Shown: piece by piece, positions 1 to 8,936 of the stretch
How the letters are laid out: each line of letters starts with the position of its first letter
Position numbering within the stretch: the first letter of the stretch is position 1
NCBI RefSeq assembly: GCF_000315625.1
Contig: NW_005434501.1
Span: 64,313-102,092 of the forward strand
Source: Guillardia theta CCMP2712
Taxonomy: Eukaryota > Protista > Cryptophyta
DNA length: 37,780 bases
Direction of reading: 5' to 3'
Program-made: the position numbers and the translations under genes
Notes under the pieces: model-generated
The model's input: the letters and a program-made list of their open reading frames with translations, nothing else
Databases searched by the model: none
Told to the model about the DNA's origin: nothing

Positions 1-160
1 TCCATCAGCACCTCCCCTCCTCCACCTCTCCCTTCAGCACACTCGTCAGCTTTGTCCTCCTCTACTTCCACGTTCAACACCATGACAACGAGGCAGAGCA
101 AGGGAGGAGGAGGAGGAGGAGGGAAGGGAGGAGCTGGGGGGCGGGGGGGGGAGGTCACAC

Positions 161-744
161 CGTGCAGCTAGCAGGTAGCTGACCCCTTGCTCAGCCGCCA
201 GCGGAGTGAGCAGGGTGAAGAGCGACCAGCTGGCAACGCCGGAGGCGAGGAGGAGGCGAGGCGAGGAGAGCTGCTGAGCGAGGCCGAGGGGAGGGAGGGC
301 AAGGGTGTACCCCAAGGAAAAGATAGAACTGATGGAGCCCTTGACTGTCTCTGTGTACCCGAAGTCGCCGCTCATCGGTACAATGGCGATGCTCATGGCC
401 TGGCGATCGAGGGAGGAGACGGCTCCCACGAGACAGCAGAGGAAGACTATCCTCCTTCCCTCGTCGACAATCGTCGATCCCCGCTCCTCCTTCCCCTCCT
501 CCTTCGCTCTCAGTCGTTTCATGTTGGAAGCCCTGTCAATGAGCACGCGCTCTCTCTCTGCCTGCGCCTTCTGGCAAGACACACGAGGCAGCGAATGTCT
601 GCCTGCCATGCTCCTCCTCCCGTACATGAGCTGGCGCTGGCGAGGAGCTGGGAAGTAGTTGCATGGATGGAGGAACGCGTTGGTGAAGGTGGGGAGAGAG
701 AGGGAGCTGAGGGAGAGCACGAGGAGGGAGCGTATTGCTCTCAT
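161..744 (-). CDS. First exon of an MFS anion/phosphate transporter (SLC17/PHT4-like), probably plastid-targeted; gene continues beyond window start
   Basis: ATG at 744 gives MRAIRSLLVLSLSSLSLPTFTNA|FLHP (signal peptide then Phe) and an Arg-rich transit-like stretch. MFS TM1-4 motifs follow: SSLDRQAMSIAIVPM, KGSISSIFSLGY, WSLFTLLTPLAA, YLLAAR. Probable GT donor at 160, followed by a low-complexity intron. Confidence 0.8.
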
Positions 745-879
745 CCTCGAAGAGATGGAGATGTTCACGAGGACGCGTAGGATGCTGAGATAGCAGAAGC
801 AGGGAGGAGAGCAAGTTGAAGTGTAGAGGAAGGATGGAGACTGAGAGGTTCAGGTGAGGGGATGCGGACGAGGGGATCA

Positions 880-907
880 GAAGCAGGGAGCAGGGAGCAG
901 GGCGCAG

Positions 908-942
<35 letters not shown>

Positions 943-966
943 AGCAGGAGGAGCAGGAGGAGCAGG

Positions 967-1005
<39 letters not shown>

Positions 1006-1018
1006 GAGCAGGTGTAGA

Positions 1019-1070
<52 letters not shown>
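880..1070. repeat. (GGAGCA)n-type hexanucleotide microsatellite
   Basis: Tandem GGAGCA/GGAGGAGCA units upstream of the MFS start; source of the poly-L/PA/EQ spurious ORFs. Confidence 0.95.
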
Positions 1071-1460
1071 GGCTAGTTCATGGGATGTAGTTGAGGGGAG
1101 CAATCAGGTTCTCTTTTTTAAGGGCACTGCGGCAGTCCAAGGAGGTAACCGCGTATGTTGGTTGACCTGCTTGGCCCGGCGGCGGGCCGGGCCGAACCTG
1201 GGGCCCCCGATCAGGCATGATGGCTGGGACTCGGCCGCGGCAGCCGGGGCGCACTGCCCGGTAGTAGTATTATTTGTTTTTTTATTGTTTTTTTTTGTTT
1301 TGTGGTATGTAGACTCGAAAGCAAAGATCCATACCGTACTATATTCCTGAGTTCAAATTGAAGCTCAATTTCTACCATTGGGAGGGCCCGGTTGAGAGGG
1401 GCCCGGGGTCTCACCGTGCTGAGTCAAAGCTGGGAAATTTCGCCGCAAAGTCCGAGTCTT

Positions 1461-2567
1461 TCAGAAAATCTTGTTCACGCTTGTGGGATTGGAGCGACAA
1501 AGTGGACATGGCCTGTCAGTCGCTCCATCCTTGCACTGTTCACAGAGACACAGGTGTCCGCAGGGTATCAGCGCCCAGTCAGCTTTCCGCTCCATGCAGA
1601 GGACGCAGACGCACTGCTGGTTATCTCCTGCCACTCCCCGAACTCTCGCTCTTGCCTTGGCTTCATATTCTTTCTGGAGCCTTTTACATAAATCGCCGAA
1701 ACTTGGCCGTTGAAATGATTTTTCCCTCCAGCATTCCTGCATGATGCCGTACACTGTTGCCGGGCATGACGGGGGCCTCGGGAGTCGGTCCCCATCAAGT
1801 ACCTTGGATCCCACCAGCCCATCATCTTCAATGGTGCAGAAGGGTACTTCCGCGTACGTCCAGACCTCCCACATGGTCACCCCGAACGCCCACACGTCGC
1901 TCTTCTCCGAGAACCGCCTTCTCCTGATGCTCTCCGGCGCCATCCACCGCATCGGCCGAGCCGTCAACCCTGCCGTGCTCACGCTTACAGCTCGACCCTC
2001 CCCATACGCGCGGTTAGCCATGATCGAAAGCCCATAGTCAGCAATCTTGACACTTACATCCATGTGATTCTGCGCATCTAGACGGAACACAAGCACGTTC
2101 CTCGCCGCCAGGTCTCCATGCACGACCTTACGCAGCGACAGCCGTAACATCCCTTCACAGATCTGCCTGGCCACCTGCAGCTGCGCCAGCAGGTCAATTG
2201 TCTCCCCGTCCTCAGCAAGGTTCGCCAAGATGACATCCAAGGACCCCAAGGGCGCAAACTCTGTCACCATGCAGTAGTCACCAGACATTGGCTCTATGCT
2301 GATAGCAAGATAGCGGACAAGATTCGGGTGTTCGCCCAGCTGCTTGAACCCTTTCACCTCCTTCGCCAACTCCTCCCTCCTCCCAGTTTCCCCGCTGCCT
2401 CGGATGCGCTGGATGGCGACTGGAGTGCTCAGCCATCGAGCCTTGTAGACGAGCTTGAAGGGGCCGGAGCCGATCTGTTGCGTGTCGGTGATCAACGCAA
2501 AGTGCACCCATGGAATGTCTTGCGCTCGGACTCCTCGTCCCCGCCCTAGAGGCCTCCTTGTACCCAG
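1461..2567 (-). CDS. Terminal exon: tyrosine-kinase-type catalytic domain plus RING-HC finger
   Basis: IGSGPFKLVY, HPNLVRY, HGDLAARNVL, KIADYGLS, RPMRWMAPES, SDVWAFGVTMWE, CW...RPSF; then CVLC..PCGHLCLC..C..CPLCR...KIF* at the extreme C-terminus. Confidence 0.93.
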   Translation of the reverse strand: MGTRRPLGRGRGVRAQDIPWVHFALITDTQQIGSGPFKLVYKARWLSTPVAIQRIRGSGETGRREELAKEVKGFKQLGEHPNLVRYLAISIEPMSGDYCMVTEFAPLGSLDVILANLAEDGETIDLLAQLQVARQICEGMLRLSLRKVVHGDLAARNVLVFRLDAQNHMDVSVKIADYGLSIMANRAYGEGRAVSVSTAGLTARPMRWMAPESIRRRRFSEKSDVWAFGVTMWEVWTYAEVPFCTIEDDGLVGSKVLDGDRLPRPPSCPATVYGIMQECWREKSFQRPSFGDLCKRLQKEYEAKARARVRGVAGDNQQCVCVLCMERKADWALIPCGHLCLCEQCKDGATDRPCPLCRSNPTSVNKIF

Positions 2568-5500
2568 CTGAGGGCAGAGTACGTCAAAAAACAAACTTGT
2601 ACATGACGTCAACAACCTGCGAAGCAAACTCACGCTGCTCCGACCGGCCTCGGCCGCAAGAAATAAATCTTTGCCTCCGCTCCGTCCCGCCTGTCTGCTT
2701 CTTCTTCTTCTCCTGACCTGCAGCGCTCAGGAACAAGAAAGTCGAAGCCGGAGTTGCTGCGGACCCTTGAAACGAAAGATTGCTTCCAAAGGAGAAGGCT
2801 GACGAGCTTGGATGTGCAGCAGCAGCAGCACCGAACACAAAGGCAGGTGGAGGCTGCGGCTCTAAAGAGTTGGAAGAGGATGGAGCAGCGGTTGAAGCAG
2901 TGGAAGAAAATGGAGCAGCGGTTGAAGCAGTGGAAGAGGACGGAGCAGCGGTTGCAGTCGAGCATTCGAAAGCCCACGTACTGCTAGAGCCTGCTTCAGA
3001 CTTGCGTGTTTCTAAGCTCGCTGCGTTGGGCGGTGTAAAGGAAAACACGCCGTCACTATTTGTTGAAACATTGGGTTTAGCTGCTATGTGGTCTGAAAGA
3101 GATTGTTGTCACATTCAGGAAGAAATTTGAAAAATCGACCTACTTGCAGTTTCGTTGCAAGATGATTTTGCACCACTGGTCGCAGCAACGGCATCAAGAT
3201 GGGAAAGAGTTGATGAATACGTTGGTTGGGATTCCGAGTGATTGTCTTCATCATTCTCTCTATCATCTTCAACCCGTCCACCTTACTCAACTTAGTTGCA
3301 CAGCAGCTTGCTCAGGTAGAAACTGCATACCTTTCAAAAGGTCCACGTTTGAATTTGAAATCTTGTCAAGAATTACACTCGCTGTCTGAAATGAAATTCT
3401 CCAACTTTCTCCATCCTTCAAGTCTGATTCCGATACAGTATGACCAATCAGCAACGGCTTTCCCATATGTTTCCCTACACAGTGTAGACCATGCTTCTGC
3501 ATCTCACGAAAAGCAGAAATGCTTTCAGTATTATCTGTTGTTTCCAAGAGTTTGACTTTCTCAATAACATCTGAAGCGTTGCCTGAGGTAACGATGGTGA
3601 ACTCCCTTTCGGCATGCTTGTTCAAACAAGCAATAATTTTGAAATCCTTAGTCTGATTGAGCTCTGCAGCTTTGGAATCGTTTGCGCCTGAGGCCTGTTG
3701 ATTACCAGTTGGTCCAAAGATCTTGATGAGATTGCATGTTTTTAACATGACGGTTTGTCCTTCGAGAAGTTTCACTTTGAACATCTCCTCGTGCACATTC
3801 CATAACAGCACAATCCCAATGCTATTGCACATGTCAAGAGCTGATATGACAATGGTATAGCAAAACCACCTTGAGTTGTAGTCTGTACTGTTCCTCAACG
3901 AATGCAGCATGACCCAGTCTCCAGCACGAATTGGCGCATCAGAAGTTGGCGGTTTCCCATCATCCGCTTCTGCCTGTGTTTGAGATGGATCTGGGAAGAT
4001 TTTCAGTCACTCCATTCACAGGCAGAATCGCGTACCATTTGAAGTCGAAGCGGCCGCAGAGAGCTCAGATTCAACAACTGTTTCCTTCACAGCAAAGATT
4101 TCATCTAGGGATTTGTTGGGTTGCGTGTTACACTGGTCTGCCTTCGCTAATTTTCTAGAGTTGTTCAATGAAAGAAAATCCAGATGAGCAGGCAATTTCT
4201 GCAACAACTCATCCAGACGGCTTTCCCAAGCCTCTTTATATTGAAGTATGATATCTTGGATTTCCTCGACTCGTTTTTCGTTGACACCGAGACATTGCAC
4301 AAAAGTTCTCCAGAACTTGCTCCCTTCGCCATCTGCCTTCACGTCTCGCAAGCTAGCACCAAGAAAGATCTTCTTAATCCCTTTCAAAGTCATCAGATAA
4401 AGGATAGGCTCAAACCTTATGGTACCTGGAAACACGTTCTCTCGAACAGGAAAAAGCTCCTTGGCAAGAGCATTAAACTGTTCAATCTTCAGACCATGAA
4501 TCGGATGAGCGCAACTAGGAAAAACTGTCTGAAAAACGTGGAACAGGGTAAATTCTCCTTCTTCAACCTGTTTCAAGTCATCCATGAAGAGCCAGACCAC
4601 TACAGTTTACCTCTGCTGGCAGAAAGGTTCTCCAGGTGAGATCTTCATCTACTGCAGCCTCAAGAAATGCCCTAGCAGTGTCTTCCATCTTTTCAAGTGC
4701 TTCCTTATCTCCACAAGGCGATGCATTCGCAAACCCAATATCTGGCTTCCCCTTCAACCTACGATTTTGAAATTCTTGTGCATCGGCTTGAGAGCATGTT
4801 TCTTCATGTTCAGTCATTTCTGCCAGCGACTGAAAACACGATGCGTTGCAGAATTCACATCTCCACCAACCCGAGAAGAAGTGCTTTCAAAAGCACAAAT
4901 CAAAGCAGAATCAATGAAAAGTGAAGCACTTACATGCATTCTGTCACGGGCAAACTTGAGGTCAGCTTGAATCAATTTCCTTTCGCTCTCGCCCAACGAT
5001 TGGATGGCCACCATGTTGAGTGATTCTAAGTAATTCTCTCTCTGCAAGTTCAAACTCTGAAATTCCTTCATGTCAGACAGATGAAGTCGATTCAGAAACA
5101 CTCACCGAGTAAGTCTGGTTGTCAGCATCAGCTAGATAGAAATCCATGTTTCCAGCTTTGAACGCTTCTTTGGTGGTAGTTAACCACGCGAGCCATCCCT
5201 CCACAGACTTCGGACAAACTAAATACCTGAACAGGTGAGTGCATAGTGAGTGACTCATTACATATGCATGCAACAATCACCTAGCAGTTGTTGATACTGG
5301 AAGATCTACTATGATATTCTTCTTGAGAAAAGAGTCCACGAAGCATCTTGTCTGTAATATATTCAGTCGATGACCGTCATGTGATTAGGCAATGCCTCAG
5401 TTGTTCTGTAGAATTCTTCCTTTTTTTGCTGCATCGAAGATAGCAGGTGCATTGGGTTCACATTGAATCGAGCCTTGGGATAACAAAAGTGAGACACACA

Positions 5501-6127
5501 GCACTTTATATTTGCACTTACAGCAAGTGTCAAGACTGTTTCATCATCCACGTCGATCAGGTGCCTTTGGTGTTGCATTTGCCTATCTGTTTGTTAACTC
5601 TGGAGCGAGAAAATGCAAAGATGTTGACTTTGCCGTATCATTCTTTGCTTCAAACTGAATCGTTTTCGTCGAATACTATCACAAGTAAAGATGTTCAGAT
5701 GAACGTTCTAGTCATAGAGCAAGGATGATGATGTCAACAGTCTGGGTAGCAAATTCTTTGGATGGATACGAGAGAAATTCAAGCAAGAAAAATAAATCGA
5801 CTCCTGATGCAGGTACCTCTCCCCCGCGGTTCAATTCCACTGCACCATTTGCTGATTCTTGTTCCTCATCTTGACGACTCTTCGACTGTATTTTTAACGT
5901 TATTGCTAGTATTGTAGTCCAAGTTTGTACATCGTTGATGGTAGCTGTGGAATTCGACTCACTGGCTTCGAATTTGACAGTGTAATCTGGAACCAAGAAA
6001 TATCATGCCGGTCATTTTGTTCCTCAACCTTCATACCTTGTTCTTCGACGCTACACTGTTCCTGCAACGATGAAGCTTGCACATTTTCTCCATGTTTTGG
6101 TGAAAGTTCTTCCTCATAATCTGCCAT
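1461..6127 (-). CDS. Large multi-exon protein: uncharacterised N-terminal region, SH3-like module, FG/Ser-Ala linker, tyrosine-kinase-type domain, C-terminal C3HC4 RING
   Basis: ATG at 6127 (MADYEEELSP). A chain of minus-strand ORFs is joinable by ~48-nt introns; e.g. intron 2568-2616 joins REFASQ to LGTRRP in phase. The last exon carries the kinase and RING. Linkage of the whole N-terminal part to the kinase exon is inferred. Confidence 0.55.
2870..2957. repeat. 30-nt coding tandem repeat (~3 copies), encoding STASTAAP(S/F)S on the minus strand
   Basis: GGAAGA(G/A)(G/A)A(T/C)GGAGCAGCGGTTGAAGCAGT recurring with period 30. Confidence 0.85.
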
Positions 6128-6791
6128 GGTTTTATCCTCGTACACTATGCTCAGTTTTCTCTCAGTTTCAGATCAGCGTTCTGCCAGAATTTGTTTCAAA
6201 ATATGGAACGAAAAAATTCCGAACAATCAGGACAAAAAAATTGAAAGTGCAAAGATTTGGATCTGCGTTTCCATCACATTAACCCCCGCTGTAAATTATT
6301 TTGCAACAAGTCACCAACAGCAGAAAACAAAGCAGCTCATTTACAGCTATCACCAACATAACATCAAGCAAACGCTTCGCTCTTCAACCCATTCAAACTC
6401 ACAACTCTGTAGTGAGCACGGCCCCCGACGCCATTTCTTGGCGTGAGGTTCCCAGCTACCAGGCTGGCTACCAGGACCCTTTTAGTTCTCAGGTAAGTAG
6501 AGGGGGTAGGGTACCCTACCTGTACCCGTGTGCCATCCCGAGTGTCGCCGGGCCGGGGCAGGTACCGGGTCCGACCAGTACCGGCCAGGCCGGGGAGCCA
6601 CGGATCCGTTGTACATCCGCCTTTACTCAAAGTTAAGTCATAGTATAGTATCACACTCAAAGTGCCCAGCCTGTGACTCATCAGCCTCCAGGCTAGTCGG
6701 GCATAAAACAAGCGAGAGCAGCCCCTTGCTACGGATCAGGCAGTGCGGTAGGGCTGTGATGGGGCCCGGACCAATTCCGACGGATTCATTA

Positions 6792-7836
6792 TCATTCAAG
6801 CGACTCATCAGATCTTACCGGCCAGCTTGAGAGAGGGCAGAAGGGGATGTGACACATGGCAGTGTTGCTGTAAATCTTCTCGTCCAGGGTGTCGACGCAA
6901 GTGCTCAGGTTCATCTTGCGAGGAGCCCACTCCTCCATAGGGGTATCATACGGGTCTGTCTCAGGGAGGGGGCGGTTGGTGAGCTCGAACACGGCGTCCA
7001 TCCCTCCGAACACCAGGCTGCAGAGCTTGTTACATCCCTGCCAACAGGGGGGAGGACATCATACTCTTGAACGGTAGGATCGATGCCGGCTATGGACTCC
7101 TCCATCACGAAGCGGTGGTTGGTAAGGGCGTGCTGCGCATAGCCATCAACAGGACTGGTCTGCTTCTCCTTGAGGAACTGACCTGATCCCATTGGACACG
7201 CCCTCCCAGCAGCTCCTCACAGATGAACTGGTTGCAGGTGCACCAGGAGTAGCTGCTCGGGTGGGAGGCGGCCCGGATCATGTCTTCCAGCTTCACGAAC
7301 GCTGCGTCTTTGATGGGCTCGGCATGGAGGGTGGCAGGAAGTTGTATGCTAACGCAGCAGACGTGGTGGCTCGAGCCATCCGGAGGGAAGCAATGCTGCG
7401 TGTAGGGGCCTGCACCTCAGACATCAGCCACAGCTCAAACCACGGGAGAGCAACTTCAGCGCATACTCGAGAGGTTCAAGGTGCCGCAAGGTGTCGGGGT
7501 CCACCACTGCGGCATGGCGGATCGCGGCACTGGCTCCATGTTCATGATGTCTGGATCTTCGGGAGGGTCATGATCCAGATCCATCGCCTCCTCCCAGCAG
7601 CCTTCGTACTTGCTCTCGTTGTACCACAGGAAGTGCCATCGGGGGGTTTCGAGGTCCCACGCCCAGACCTTCTTCCCGGTCCTACGACTCTCCTCCTCCT
7701 TCATCATGTTCCACCATTCAGTAGATCCTTCCACAGGTTGTGGCCTTGCCGTCTGGTTGTTGTCATTTGCCACAGCACACGATGCTAAGGTGCTCAGAAG
7801 CACCAGAGCTACTGTGAAGCTCCTGTTCGCCAGCAT
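6792..7836 (-). CDS. Secreted Cys/His/Trp-rich protein of unknown function (multi-exon)
   Basis: ATG at 7836 gives the signal peptide MLANRSFTVALVLLSTLASCAVA. Splicing of ~50-nt introns gives PCGTLNLSSPYTQHCFPPDGSSHHVCC...HPSSYSWCTCNQFICEELLGG. 3' end uncertain. Confidence 0.65.
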
Positions 7837-8239
7837 CTGACGGACTCCTCGACAACGATCTTCTCCTTGGCGATGCTCCAACCCACTCAGCTACGACCGA
7901 TACTCTCTTAATCCTGATGCTGCGGATCGTCACATGCTTGACAGGCTAGCTGGTGTTCCGGTAGAGCAACTGGTCACGATGCGACTCGCCCGTAGAGTTT
8001 CGGAGTACAGGCACACGAGTCCCTTGGGGCTCCTTCTCGGTCGCGAGTTGACCTCTCCCTCGTCTTCTTCCTCTCCCTGGGCTCTTCATCATCTTCTCTC
8101 CTCCCCACCCTTCCTCCATCTCTTCCTCCCCTCTCCCCTCTCCTCTTATTCCCTGCCCCTCTCCTCCTCCTCGTTCCTGTCTCGACTACAATGCTTCAAT
8201 GCGTCCTGCCCAAAAGTTATGTCCAGACGGGGGTGGCAA

Positions 8240-8495
8240 CGAGGTGGGTAGGGTACTAAATGCAAAGGTAGGGTACTTTCAAATTTACAGTACCCTACCG
8301 TCATAAATGAAGTTCCTACCCCAAAAGCATGTGGACCTACCGGTATTTACTCCCAAGGGAGACACATAAAAGTACCCCTTCGAATCATGAACACCCCTTA
8401 ATCGTAGCACCCCTCAAACTTCTACCCCTCTTTTCCAGCCATACTCCTGGGGGGTTGTAAATTGAGTACTACCCCACTGGTGTATACCCCTGTTT
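8240..8495. promoter_or_regulatory. GGTAGGGTAC/TACCCC motif cluster in the divergent spacer between the secreted-protein and USP genes
   Basis: GGTAGGGTAC at 8247 and 8267, inverted copy at 8290, and many TACCC(C) 5-6-mers. Function is inferred from position only. Confidence 0.4.
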
Positions 8496-8936
8496 CTGTC
8501 TCTCCTTCACCCACCCCACGTTCTGATGGCCCTCGGCCTTCCCCTCCCTCTGCACAGCATGGCCGAATAGTCCGGCAGCGCGTTCCCGTTCCTCCCTCCT
8601 CACATGCTTGTTTTCGCGCCATCGTTCCATGGGCTGACCCTTCTAGATGTCTGACTGACTCTCCTCTCTTCGTTTCTGCTCTTGAACTCTACCACCTCTT
8701 TGTTGCCCAGCTCATAACTTCGTTTGCCCCCCCTTCAAGTGCCGTCCTTTTACGCGCTCATTGAGCCATACGCGTTTTGGCAGGCTCAGCGAATGCACCT
8801 CGAGGGGATCTGCTGACGCTCCAGACCACCGCGAAGAAGCATGCACGAAGTAGTGGACGTCTAAGTCGCAGACCCGGGGAGCTGCGTGAAGCACAAGTGC
8901 AGTCATCACACCTCTATCAAGCAGCCTAGAGCCGAC

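Noticed and set aside
3084-6145. Frameshifted pseudogene or viral insertion suggested by broken AT-richer ORFs
   Set aside because: The breaks I checked coincide with ~45-50 nt GT-AG introns that restore frame; no transposase, RT or viral hallmark motifs seen.
7456-7460. In-frame TGA as possible selenocysteine or readthrough near the Cys-rich domain
   Set aside because: The TGAs lie inside a GT-AG intron whose removal keeps the frame.
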